From the NCBI GenBank assembly GCA_043769845.1, contig JAYVIX010000360.1:1-58842 (forward strand): a stretch of DNA of 58,842 bases, given 5' to 3'. The notes below the pieces were generated by a model, which saw only the letters and a program-made list of their open reading frames with translations, was not told where the DNA came from and made no database searches. Both the position numbers and the translations under genes were made by a program. Positions within the stretch are counted from its first letter, which is position 1. Each line of letters starts with the position of its first letter. This stretch comes from Cytophagales bacterium (GTDB lineage Bacteria; Bacteroidota; Bacteroidia; Cytophagales; UBA9547). Positions 38,942 through 49,118 of the stretch are shown piece after piece.

Positions 38942-39067
38942 GAGATGGGCAATTTTAGGTTGTAAAGATACAGCTTGACTGGAAGTTTCTTGAAAATCAA
39001 ATCAACCACAAGAAAATCAAATTGTGCACTTTGTGAAAACCTGTGAGACTTTGTTGTTAATCTCTAA

Positions 39068-40114
39068 TCAGTTACTCAACTGATTGTTATAAAAATCGGG
39101 ACATGGAAGCGTTTGGAGTCTTTGCTTCGGCTTTTTGTAGCCACCGCATAGCACATAGCCCAGCGAAATCTCGTGCGTACCTCGCGCAAATGGCGATAGT
39201 TTCGAAATCGCATAATCGTAACTATATCCTATACTCAGTTTTTCGAAACGAATACCGGCCTGAAACGACAGTGCGTCTTTGTTAGTAAAACTGTCAACGG
39301 TTTTCTGCAATGGAATTCCGCGGTACCAAAGACCTATAAAATAAGGTTTGGCGAGGTAATAAAATCCCAGATCTAATTGCGCAAACGAACCTTGATGCTT
39401 GAGCAGAAACGTAGGTGTGATGCTTTTGAGGCGTTTTGCACGTTTATCATACGCTTGTTTTTCCGAATGATTGAGCATAAAACGATAGCCCGAATGAATC
39501 GAAAACTTTGCTGGCAATTGCGATTTTCCGTCTGTAGCCATAAAAGTTTGATTTGGTTGGTTGATGTGATGAGCCGAAAAACCAAACCAAAAATGGGAAG
39601 TATAGTACAGCAAACCGCCCGAAAGATCGGCATAATTGGAGCGTGATTTTTTGTTGTAATAATCGGCCGAATATGTATCCTGAGGGCCTTCGTCTGTAAA
39701 TTGGTCGGGAAATGTAAGTTTCAGAATATCAATATTCTTGCTCACAAAACCGAGCTGAATACCCGCACGTAGACTTTGTTTTTTGGAAAAATCAACCCGA
39801 TAGGAATAGAAAAATGAAGCTTCAACAGTAGATATCCCGTTAGCGCCAATCTGGTCGCTTAGAAATTGCGCCCCAATTCCACTATTATATTTGTCGATAT
39901 TGTGGTCGGCCGAAAACGCAAACGTATTGTAGGGTTTTTTCAGTCCAAACCATTGGTTGCGGTAAATACTCGCAAACCGCGTGCAACCAGTCGAACCTGC
40001 AAAAGCCGGATTCAGATACAAAGGCGCAGCATAATACTGCGAAAACTGCGGATCCTGAGCTTGCAGATTGAAAACGTGAGAAATAAGAAAAATAAAAAAT
40101 CCTCTTTTGAGCAT
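39068..40114 (-). CDS. PorP/SprF family T9SS outer-membrane protein
   Basis: Signal peptide then QDPQFSQYYAAPLYLNPAFAG, the family hallmark. Beta-barrel-like alternating pattern. Confidence 0.85.
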   Translation of the reverse strand: MLKRGFFIFLISHVFNLQAQDPQFSQYYAAPLYLNPAFAGSTGCTRFASIYRNQWFGLKKPYNTFAFSADHNIDKYNSGIGAQFLSDQIGANGISTVEASFFYSYRVDFSKKQSLRAGIQLGFVSKNIDILKLTFPDQFTDEGPQDTYSADYYNKKSRSNYADLSGGLLYYTSHFWFGFSAHHINQPNQTFMATDGKSQLPAKFSIHSGYRFMLNHSEKQAYDKRAKRLKSITPTFLLKHQGSFAQLDLGFYYLAKPYFIGLWYRGIPLQKTVDSFTNKDALSFQAGIRFEKLSIGYSYDYAISKLSPFARGTHEISLGYVLCGGYKKPKQRLQTLPCPDFYNNQLSN

Positions 40115-40312
40115 GTCCGTTAGTTCCGATGCTTAATGTCGTTTGTAGAACAATGGTAAGTTAGATAAGTTTTAGGTTGAATTTTAAATGAATTATTATT
40201 CATTATATTATTGCAATCTTTTAGTCATTTTTTTCGAAAAATAGGACGAAGATTTTGTTCAAGCTGGAATCTCGCAGTACAAAGCTTATTTTTGTGTGTT
40301 AGAAAACAAAAG

Positions 40313-41401
40313 ATGCCCAAGAAAAAAGTAATTCTGCCAGTCATCAACGACCTTGCCACCGACCAGCGGATGCACAAAATCAGTCTTACGCTGCACCAAA
40401 ATGGTTACGAAGTGCTACTAGTCGGTACCAAACGAGCCAATACCGAACCTTTAATGTCTCGAGAATACCAAACCGATCGGTTTTCGATTTATTTCAAAAA
40501 CGGCAAATTCTTTTATCTCGAATTCAATCTAAAGCTCTTTTTTTATCTTTTGTTCAAGAAAGTCGACATCATCACGTCCAACGATTTGGACACGCTTTTG
40601 CCTTGCTATTTGAATGCCAAACTGAAAGGCACCGAACTGATTTACGATTCGCACGAATATTTTACCGAACAACCCGAACTGGAAGAACGACCAGCTACCA
40701 AAAAAATGTGGTTGAAACTGGAACAATTTCTTTTTCCGAAACTGAAAAAAATTACGACCGTTAACCAAAGTTTGGCCGATATTTATTCCAATCTGTATCA
40801 GAAAGACATCAAAATTGTACGCAATGTGCCTTTTCGAGCATCTGATATGCCTTTGGTCGAAAAAGAAAACATTGTCATTTACCAAGGCAACATCAACAAA
40901 AGTCGTGGTATCGAGACCATGCTGGAGGCTTTGGTGCATTTGGAGGATGTGATGTTCTGGTGCATCGGGCCGGGCGATGTGCTGGACGAAATGAAAAACT
41001 TGGCTCGGGAATTGCAAGTCGATCATAAAGTAAAATTTTTTGGCAGGGTCCCGTTTCAAAACCTGCGCGAGTTGACCTTACAGGCCAAAATCGGAATCAG
41101 TATCGAACAACCAATCGGGCTGAACTCGACCTTGTGTCTTCCCAACAAATTGCTCGATTATATCCAATGTCGCATTCCGGTGATTGTGTCCGATTTGCCC
41201 GAGTTGCGCCATGTAGTTGGAAAATATCAGAACGGAATCATTCTGAAAACACATACCGCCAAGGAACTAGCCGAAGCAATCAACCAACTGATGCACAACG
41301 AGCTAAAGCGACAAGAATGCATTAGAAATTCGGAGAAAGCAGCCGAAGATCTGTGTTGGGAAAAAGAGAAAGAAGTACTTCTGGAATTGTATCGTTCATG
41401 A
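40313..41401 (+). CDS. glycosyltransferase family 4-like
   Basis: GT-B fold signature in the C-terminal half (..G.....K(G/S)....L..A...). ATG at 40313 (MPKKKVILPV) preferred over 40211. Confidence 0.75.
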   Translation: MPKKKVILPVINDLATDQRMHKISLTLHQNGYEVLLVGTKRANTEPLMSREYQTDRFSIYFKNGKFFYLEFNLKLFFYLLFKKVDIITSNDLDTLLPCYLNAKLKGTELIYDSHEYFTEQPELEERPATKKMWLKLEQFLFPKLKKITTVNQSLADIYSNLYQKDIKIVRNVPFRASDMPLVEKENIVIYQGNINKSRGIETMLEALVHLEDVMFWCIGPGDVLDEMKNLARELQVDHKVKFFGRVPFQNLRELTLQAKIGISIEQPIGLNSTLCLPNKLLDYIQCRIPVIVSDLPELRHVVGKYQNGIILKTHTAKELAEAINQLMHNELKRQECIRNSEKAAEDLCWEKEKEVLLELYRS

Positions 41402-42519
41402 AACTGGGAATTCATATTGTTTCGTTCGACATTCCAGCGCCTCCCGACTATGGTGGTGCGGTAGACGTTTTTTATAAAGCCAAAGCCTTGGCCGCCTTGG
41501 GTATTGATGTGCATTTGCATTGTTTTCAGTATGGCCGAGCGCAGCAAAATGCAATGCTCGGATTCTGCAAAACAGTCACTTATTACACACGTAAGCCATT
41601 TTATCAAAGTTTATTTTCAAAGAAACCTTATATCGTTCATTCGCGCGAAAACGAAGTATTACTTGAGAATTTGCAAAAAGACCGTTTACCCATTTTATTT
41701 GAAGGCGTTCACACATCAGGATTGGCCCAAGATTCGAGGCTGAGCGATAGAATCAAACTTTTGCGCACCCACAATGTAGAGCATTTGTATTATGCGAATC
41801 TGGCCAAGGCCGAAAATAATGGGTGGAAAAAATACTTTTACGCTTTCGAAGCCTTCAAACTGAAAAAATACGAAAATCGAAACTTGGCTTTGGAGGCTAT
41901 TTTTGCTATTTCTAACAATGATGCGCATTTTTTTGCGGAACGAAATACACACGTTCACACCATTTTGCCTTTTCATTCGGTAGCGAAACCGCACAACCAA
42001 TTGGGTAAAGGCACTTACATTCTGTATCATGGCAATTTGGAAGTAAAAGAAAACCAATTGGCTTTGAAGGTGTTATGCGAAAAAGTATTTCCCAAAATTG
42101 CTTCAATTCCGATTGTGGTAGCTGGCAAAAAACCAGATTTGTCTCTTATTCGCTTGCTTGCCCGTTTTTCAAATGTTAGTCTGTTGGCCAATCCTTCGTC
42201 CGAAAAACTTTCGGATTTGATCGAACAGGCACATATTCATCTTTTACCCACTTTTCAAGACACAGGAATCAAACTGAAACTCATTCACGCTCTTTTTGGC
42301 GGAAGGTTTTGTTTGGCCAACAGTCTGATGGTAACGGAGCCAATCTTGGCCAATGCTTGCATAGTAGAAAATGATCTAGCCAAATGGCCAGATATTATAC
42401 TTGCCACTTTTCAAAACGAATTTACAACCGAGCATCAAAACGTCCGAAAAAGCCTTTTTAATACGTTTTTCGATAATCAAACCAATGCCCAAAAGATCCT
42501 TGATCTGATTGCGATTTAG
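41398..42519 (+). CDS. glycosyltransferase (GT-B, family 4-like)
   Basis: The start overlaps the upstream stop (ATGA). N-terminal MKLGIHIVSFDIPAPPDYGG is typical of GT4-type enzymes. Confidence 0.65.
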   Translation: MKLGIHIVSFDIPAPPDYGGAVDVFYKAKALAALGIDVHLHCFQYGRAQQNAMLGFCKTVTYYTRKPFYQSLFSKKPYIVHSRENEVLLENLQKDRLPILFEGVHTSGLAQDSRLSDRIKLLRTHNVEHLYYANLAKAENNGWKKYFYAFEAFKLKKYENRNLALEAIFAISNNDAHFFAERNTHVHTILPFHSVAKPHNQLGKGTYILYHGNLEVKENQLALKVLCEKVFPKIASIPIVVAGKKPDLSLIRLLARFSNVSLLANPSSEKLSDLIEQAHIHLLPTFQDTGIKLKLIHALFGGRFCLANSLMVTEPILANACIVENDLAKWPDIILATFQNEFTTEHQNVRKSLFNTFFDNQTNAQKILDLIAI

Positions 42520-42708
42520 CAGTAGTCTTTCATTTCAGGAAGCAGAAACGTAGATTTTATTGGATTTCAGGATTTTGCAGATCGTACAAAAGGTAATTGT
42601 CAATCCATATGCAACTATTCACTTATAGCCCATATTTGTCAAGTATTGAATATTTATTTAAAACCAATTACTTATATGACAGAAATACAAAAAAATAGCT
42701 TGGATTTT

Positions 42709-42741
42709 AAAGCTGCCCAAAGAATACAGATGGGCAGCTTT
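42709..42741. terminator. terminator hairpin between convergent genes
   Basis: 11-bp stem aaagctgccca / tgggcagcttt. Confidence 0.6.
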
Positions 42742-42785
42742 AACTAAACATAATCCTTCCTAATTTTAGGAAGTGAATTACGTTT

Positions 42786-43289
42786 TTATTTTTTTCTTCC
42801 TAAAAATTCCATCCATTCGTTGTGAACTGGGCCTGAGAAATCGCGCAGAAACATGAGAAAGGAAGGTTTGAACGGTTTCATTTTCAAAGGCATTCCTGCT
42901 TCTTCGGGAAGTTGGTTGCCTTTTCGGGTATTGCAGGGTTTGCAGGCCGTGACTAGATTATCCCAAGTGGTGCCACCTTTTCGGCTACGTGGCAACACAT
43001 GATCGAGCGTAAGTTCCTGAGACGCACCACAATATTGACATTTGTGATCGTCTCGTCTAAAAATATTTTGTCGTGTTAGAATGACTCCTTTGTACGGCAT
43101 GCTTACATAATCGCGCAGTCGAATCACGCTCGGAATTGCATAGGTGGATGAAACCGTGTGTAGGTATTCATTTTTCACGTCTGACACCATTTCGGCCTTT
43201 TGCATGAAAACGAGAAGAAATGCCCGAGTAGAGGCACAAATTGTCAAGGCTCGGTAGTCTTGGTTCAATACTAACGTCTTGTTATCCAT
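42786..43289 (-). CDS. HNH endonuclease (conserved stand-alone type)
   Basis: CQYCG....LTLDHVLPRSRKGGTTWDNLVTACKPCNTRKGN. Confidence 0.8.
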   Translation of the reverse strand: MDNKTLVLNQDYRALTICASTRAFLLVFMQKAEMVSDVKNEYLHTVSSTYAIPSVIRLRDYVSMPYKGVILTRQNIFRRDDHKCQYCGASQELTLDHVLPRSRKGGTTWDNLVTACKPCNTRKGNQLPEEAGMPLKMKPFKPSFLMFLRDFSGPVHNEWMEFLGRKK

Positions 43290-43312
43290 GGAGCGATTTT
43301 GTTTTACGTTTA

Positions 43313-44089
43313 CTATCCCATTAATCTTCTAATCCCAAAAAGCTTGTGCGAATACATTCCTGAATCTCCGTTGATAATACCAGTGTTGTCTATTTGATCA
43401 ATTCTCACTTTTCCATGAGCATGAATTATTTCTCTATTGTTAATCAAAATTCCAACGTGTGTGATTTTGCCCGAATCGTTACAAAAAAAGGCCAAGTCAC
43501 CCGACTCAGCCTTCTCCAATTTTTCCACACGCACGCCCATACTTTCCTGCTGATAGGCATCCCGCATCAAGTGATGGCCACAACTTCGAAACACCATTTG
43601 GGTGAGGCCTGAACAGTCGATGCCAGCATGGCTTTTGCCGCCCCATAAATAAGGAGTCGATAAAAACGATTTTGCTGTATGTACAATCTGTCCTGCCATT
43701 GTTTTTTGTACTTTATTCGATTGCCCTATAAAAGGAAATCGTTTGTCGTTTAAATATACGTACTCGCCATCAAATAGGGGCAAATAACTGCCAAAAAAAA
43801 TGGGAAGTTGCGTTTCTTCAACTTGTACATAACCAACTACTTCCGAGCAAAAATAGTTTTCGTTTGTCTGAATATTTGCTAAAAAACGTTCGCTTATGGA
43901 ATAGTGCAATTTTTTGTCCATCCAACCTTGGTAAGCATCAGCAGTAATTTCGATTTTTAACCATTTTTCATTTTCAGATTCTGACAAAACCGTGTAAGTG
44001 TCGCCAAATAAAAGTTGGGTCACCATTTCGCTTTTATCAGAATCTGTAGCTCTAACAGCTACAAGATTGAAAGTACAAATGCCTAACAT
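43313..44089 (-). CDS. NlpC/P60 (C40) peptidase with an N-terminal SH3-like domain
   Basis: Catalytic GIDCSGL...H (ITHVGIL) pattern in the C-terminal half. Confidence 0.85.
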   Translation of the reverse strand: MLGICTFNLVAVRATDSDKSEMVTQLLFGDTYTVLSESENEKWLKIEITADAYQGWMDKKLHYSISERFLANIQTNENYFCSEVVGYVQVEETQLPIFFGSYLPLFDGEYVYLNDKRFPFIGQSNKVQKTMAGQIVHTAKSFLSTPYLWGGKSHAGIDCSGLTQMVFRSCGHHLMRDAYQQESMGVRVEKLEKAESGDLAFFCNDSGKITHVGILINNREIIHAHGKVRIDQIDNTGIINGDSGMYSHKLFGIRRLMG

Positions 44090-44208
44090 ATTGTTTGAAT
44101 TATTGTAAAATTACAAGAAATAATTATATTAAAAATAATTAATATTATATTTTGACGAAATTGATACTGTTTATTTTCATTTTGTCAGACAAGCTTAGGT
44201 TGATTATA

Positions 44209-44288
44209 GTCTGTCTCGTCCTAAAAACGTTTATAATTTGATTAAAAGTCCTTGTACAAATTTACACATTTTAGCTATTGCTAAATCG
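44209..44288. repeat. dispersed ~80-bp intergenic repeat, copy B
   Basis: Aligns with 18667-18748 (see copy A). Confidence 0.7.
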
Positions 44289-44344
44289 GAAACGGTGGCA
44301 GAGGACAAGAATCATTGTAGTGTTACAAACAAAAAAATAACATC

Positions 44345-45806
44345 CTACTCTTTCACGAGATTATACACCTTTTTCTTTATTTTTAGAAAGTAAATTCCTG
44401 CTTTTAGATTTTCTCCAAATTCTGCATTTGAAACGTTTTCGTGTTCTTCGCATAACTTGCCGTTGATGTCAATTACTTGTAAGTCTACAGTTTGTGAAAC
44501 GTTTACATGAAAATTGGTTTTACTTGGGTTGGGGTATACTTCGAAGTTCAACGTTTCAAGTTCGAAATTCGAAACCCCAGTAATCATACAATTTCCTTTT
44601 GAAACTCCTGCATTCACATAGCCAATTTGGTCGATATTGGGCTAACCTTCGACAGTCGCAGAAAGCAATTTCACCACATTCTTTCCTTTCAAAAGCGAAA
44701 GAAATATCTACGGCTTTCCAATCGGTAAAGGTTCCTGTGGCAGGAAAATTTAAATTGTTTGCCAATACTGTTCCATTCATGCTGATTTGGGCAGGACGAT
44801 CGACAGTTTCGCTCTGAAACTTAAGATAGCAGTTCCTGCATTGGTTGCTGTAATGTTGAATGCATTGAAACTTCCTACTGCATTGTCTACATTCAAATAC
44901 GAAGTTACCTTGTAACCAGTGTTTTTAGTTTCTTCTATTCCTTCATACAAGCACGCATCCGTTTCTGCCTCGCCTAAAGCTGTACAAGCCGTTTTGCCAG
45001 TTCACAATTATCCAGTTTCGCAGTTCCGTTTGCCACTGCAATCAGTGGCTGGTTTGCAAGTGGTAAACTTACCTACCAAACAGCCCACGTATTATTCAAT
45101 ATTGGTATAGCCGTCATTGTTGCGGTCAGCATTTTGGTCGGCCATTGCAGGGTTTAGACTATGGGAGGTTTCCCAAGCATCTGGTATTCCTTCGCTGCAG
45201 GTATCGGTTGGTGCGGTTTTACTGATGTACGTTGGGAAGCCGCCCACTTGTGTTTCGTTATCAATAATTCCTTTGTTTGCGCCATAGGTGCCGCCATAAT
45301 TGGTGACGCCTGTCGAGACCGCATTGGCAGTTCTCGTATCAGAAGCATCTCTTTTCAAACTTGCCCCAGCTGTGGCCAATACTTTGGCATAAGCATCAGT
45401 TTGTGCAGTGATGTTTACACCCTAAAGTGGAAAACTAAGTTTCAGTTCGCTCTATGCGATGGATGCATCGTCTTGTTGCACACCACCATTCCAGTTGTCG
45501 GCAGTTACTGTAGCGTTTTCCTGTTTATAGTTTCCGCTGATGTACCACTTACTTATCGGGTTTGATGATACCAGAAACTTTGAAGACGACCATTCTTTTA
45601 CCACTGGCTTGCAAGGCTTCCCGCAAAGAACCACCACCTGCGTCATTCAAATTGCTGACGATGTACAACTTGCCTCCACAACCGCCAGTCGTATTTTTCC
45701 CATATCCTTCTGCGGTCGGGAAAGCAAGTTGCGCTTCGGCAGTGCCTGATAATAGGAACGACAAAGCAACCAATATTAATGTGCCGAGTAAATAGTTAGT
45801 TCTCAT
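44345..45806 (-). pseudogene. decayed pectate lyase-like gene with carbohydrate-binding and T9SS C-terminal domains
   Basis: At least five minus-strand fragments in different frames. These are signal peptide plus [21 protein letters not shown] (45549-45806); ..GIPDAWE..H.LNP...D.N.D.N.DGYTN (45092-45379); a CBM-like piece (44556-44780); and a T9SS CTD (44345-44617). Confidence 0.6.
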
Positions 45807-45965
45807 AGATTTCTATTTGAACGCAATACCCAGCCGAAAATCAATTGTAACGGGATTTTTAAATTATTTCATTGCCTATTAAATTAAAGACTCTGAAACA
45901 GATAAAGCATTGAAATTTTTAACGGATCATTTCGCCTATCAAGCCCATCCCATTACGTTGATTAA

Positions 45966-47753
45966 TTACATATTGTAACCATTTGCTTCAAGAATCGAAG
46001 TGGCTATTCTTCTGCGTGCTTCTTTAGTATTGAAAGTTTCTGCTTTGGTGAACCGCTTCACTCCCATAAGTAACATGCGTTGTTCGTCACCTTCGCTCAT
46101 GGCTACAAGGGCGTTTTTGGCATTGATTGCAATTCTGTCTACCACATCGTTCAAGTATGTTCTTACAATATCTATTTGAACAGAAATGGCGTTTTCACCT
46201 TTTACAGCCGCATTTTTCTCCGCACGAAGCAATGCCGACTCGGCCACATACAGCTCTATCACCATATCAGAAATATTCATCAAGATCTCTTGCTCGTGAG
46301 CTAGTTTCTGCATGAATTTTTGGGCAGCAAATCCTGAGGCCATCAAAATCAGTTTTTTGATATTGGCCAACGTTTTCTTTTCCTTGCCAAATAATCCTTC
46401 TGGTTCTTCGGTACTAAAATCAGGAATAGACATTAGCTCTTTTTGAACCACCATCGCTGGCCCCATCAAATCGAGTTCTCCTTTCAAAGCACGTTTCAAG
46501 AGCATGTCCATCGTGAGCAAACGATTGATTTCGTTCGTTCCTTCGAAAATGCGGTTGATACGAGAATCGCGGTACGAACGATCCATCGGATAATCGGCCG
46601 AATATCCGTATCCGCCCAATATTTGTACCCCCTCGTCTACTACATAATCCAACGCTTCGGAACCTGCCACTTTCAGAATCGCACATTCCACCGCAAATTC
46701 TTGAGCTGCACCCAGCAAGGCTTCTTCTGCATTTTTGCCTTGCTCTTTCAGTTTTTCTTCGGTCACATGGATGTCGAAACCTGCACGATACATAGCCGAC
46801 TCGGCCACAAAAATGCGGATCGCTTGTTCGGCCAATTTATGCTGAATGGCACCAAAATTGGCAATCGGCATTTTGAACTGTTGGCGTTCTTTGGCATAGC
46901 GAATAGCCAACGTGCTCACTCTTTTGGCAGCGCCAAGAGCTGCTGCTGCCAATTTTATTCTGCCAATGTTCAGAATATTGAAAGCGATCAAATGGCCTTT
47001 GCCAATCTCGCCCAAGACGCTTTCCTTTGGTACTTTTACGTCTGAAAGGAAAACTTGGCGAGTCGATGAGCCTTTGATTCCCATCTTGTGTTCCTCGTTT
47101 CCGAAACTAAGCCCTGTGGTGTCTCGGTCGATGATAAAGCCTGTGAATTTATCGCCATCTACTTGGGCAAAAACGATAAACACATCCGCAAAACCTGCGT
47201 TGGTGATCCACATTTTTTGTCCGTTTAGAATGTAATGATTTCCGTCAGATGTTGGAATTGCTTTCGTTTTAGCCGCCAATGCATCCGATCCTGAACCTGG
47301 TTCGGTGAGACAATAACTGGCCATCAATTCGCCAGAAGCCAGCTTGGAAAGGTATTTTTGTTTTTGTTCTTCGTTGCCAAAATACAGAATCGGAAGAGTG
47401 CCTATACCTGTATGGGCGGCCAAAGCCACCGCAAACGAATGTCCTGCACCTACTATTTCGGTGACCAAAAGGGACGTATTAAAATCTTTGCCAAAACCTC
47501 CGTAAGATTCTGGAAGTGAAATAGATAAGAGACCTAGTTCGCCTGCTTTTTTTAGTAATGCAGGCATTAATCCTTCTTCTTGCGCATCAATACGATCGAG
47601 ATGAGGCAACACTTCGGTCTCCAAAAAATCACGGCACATATCGGCCATCATTTTCTGTTCTTCATTGAATTCTTCTGGAGTGAACACATTTCCCGAGGCC
47701 GTTTCTTTGATTAAAAATTCACCGCCTTTGACAGTATTGAGCATGGTAGCCAT
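45966..47753 (-). CDS. long-type acyl-CoA dehydrogenase
   Basis: YCLTEPGSGSD and YRDSRINRIFEGTNEINRL motifs, with a C-terminal extension typical of ~600-aa ACADs. Confidence 0.9.
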   Translation of the reverse strand: MATMLNTVKGGEFLIKETASGNVFTPEEFNEEQKMMADMCRDFLETEVLPHLDRIDAQEEGLMPALLKKAGELGLLSISLPESYGGFGKDFNTSLLVTEIVGAGHSFAVALAAHTGIGTLPILYFGNEEQKQKYLSKLASGELMASYCLTEPGSGSDALAAKTKAIPTSDGNHYILNGQKMWITNAGFADVFIVFAQVDGDKFTGFIIDRDTTGLSFGNEEHKMGIKGSSTRQVFLSDVKVPKESVLGEIGKGHLIAFNILNIGRIKLAAAALGAAKRVSTLAIRYAKERQQFKMPIANFGAIQHKLAEQAIRIFVAESAMYRAGFDIHVTEEKLKEQGKNAEEALLGAAQEFAVECAILKVAGSEALDYVVDEGVQILGGYGYSADYPMDRSYRDSRINRIFEGTNEINRLLTMDMLLKRALKGELDLMGPAMVVQKELMSIPDFSTEEPEGLFGKEKKTLANIKKLILMASGFAAQKFMQKLAHEQEILMNISDMVIELYVAESALLRAEKNAAVKGENAISVQIDIVRTYLNDVVDRIAINAKNALVAMSEGDEQRMLLMGVKRFTKAETFNTKEARRRIATSILEANGYNM

Positions 47754-48031
47754 ATGCTTGTATTTTAAATGTAGGTTATAATACGAAACTGAGAGAAAAA
47801 GGGTTGATATATTAAATGAATTATTATTAATTAAATATGTCTCTTAATTTTAAAATGACTTTTGGTGTGATTAGCAGTATGAAAGAACACATGGAGTGTT
47901 TTTGTTAAATTGAAGTAAATATCAAATAAACGAGCTTTTGCAGAAGAAATGAAATTTTAACCTTTATTGGCCTTTTTTACTTAACAAAATTCCAAAAGTT
48001 CCTTACCTTCGAATTTCATTTATGATTCATC

Positions 48032-48505
48032 ATGACCCTTTTCAAGAAACTAGCTCTTGGTTCTGTTCTTTTGATACAATGCGCTTGTATCGGTCGCAGA
48101 ATCATTTGTCCTGACGAAACCGAACTTATTCTTTCTTTCAGCCGACCTGCTAAAGAATCTGAAGGCCGCTGGTCTTTGAATAGTTCAGGCAACAAAATCG
48201 ACACTATTCCATTCACTATTTACGGATTGAAAAACGGTCGAAAATATCCTTTCAGCAATTTGCCCTATTTGCCTGCAGATATTTCTACAAACACATCAAC
48301 CTATATTTTTGAACGCCCAAGCCGAAAAGATACTCTTGTAATCCGTTACGACCTAGTACGCGAAAGTTGCAAACATCGTAGCGATAATGGGTCGTCAGAT
48401 GGTATGTATCTGAAAGTAGAAAATTATTCATTTATCAAAAATACCTTTAATGAAAGCGATACTCTTATCAATTGCGCTCTTAACGCAGCTTTTTTATACG
48501 AATAA
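48032..48505 (+). CDS. hypothetical lipoprotein
   Basis: 157 aa with a signal peptide containing Cys (LLIQCAC). No family recognised with certainty. Confidence 0.5.
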   Translation: MTLFKKLALGSVLLIQCACIGRRIICPDETELILSFSRPAKESEGRWSLNSSGNKIDTIPFTIYGLKNGRKYPFSNLPYLPADISTNTSTYIFERPSRKDTLVIRYDLVRESCKHRSDNGSSDGMYLKVENYSFIKNTFNESDTLINCALNAAFLYE

Positions 48506-49118
48506 GGCTTGTGCCGAAAATCCAGATTCTTCTTCAATATTGATTAAACGCTTTCGAATAGGGATTGACATTTTGAAACCTTGGGGATATATACTTCGAA
48601 GTAGTGATAGCATCGCCAAAAAATCGTACCGTGTCAAATTTGAAGTCTTGACGGCCTATCAGATTTCAGAATTAGTCTCGGCCAATCTGGATCTGGGTTA
48701 TGGCAAAGGCGTGGAATATGCCTACCAAGGTGCGCAACGTTACCAAAGCCAAGGGGTGTATTTTAAGCCTGGCATTGATCTGAATTTAGTGCGTTCGAAT
48801 GTGTCGTTTTTGCTCGGATATCGTTTGGGATTGAGTTCTTTTTTAGAAAAAAACCAATATTTGTTTCATAGCCATTTTTGGAATTCGGACTATGTCGAAG
48901 AAAAAAGTTGGAAATCATTTGGCTACTGGCACGAACTCTTGGCTTCGATTCGAGTTGTTTTGTTTCGTACCGAAAAACAAGCTTTCAGTTTAGGATTTAC
49001 GCCAAGATTGCGCGCCAAACCTCGCAAACCCAATCATACACAGCTTTTTATCCCAGGTTATGGTGGAAATAATCCATTCAATTTGGCCTTGAACATCGAC
49101 TTTGCAATCGCCTTTTAA
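48450..49118 (+). CDS. hypothetical secreted protein (possible small beta-barrel)
   Basis: 222 aa with a signal peptide (..TNKACA), alternating hydrophobic pattern and a C-terminal aromatic residue. Overlaps the upstream ORF by 56 nt. Confidence 0.5.
   Translation: MKAILLSIALLTQLFYTNKACAENPDSSSILIKRFRIGIDILKPWGYILRSSDSIAKKSYRVKFEVLTAYQISELVSANLDLGYGKGVEYAYQGAQRYQSQGVYFKPGIDLNLVRSNVSFLLGYRLGLSSFLEKNQYLFHSHFWNSDYVEEKSWKSFGYWHELLASIRVVLFRTEKQAFSLGFTPRLRAKPRKPNHTQLFIPGYGGNNPFNLALNIDFAIAF

Noticed and set aside
40529-41059. 176-aa minus-strand ORF
   Set aside because: Fully inside the glycosyltransferase gene on the opposite strand, with no independent support.
46443-47045. 200-aa plus-strand ORF (plus 46912-47235 and others)
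   Set aside because: Antisense to the acyl-CoA dehydrogenase gene, which has clear family motifs. Shadow ORFs.
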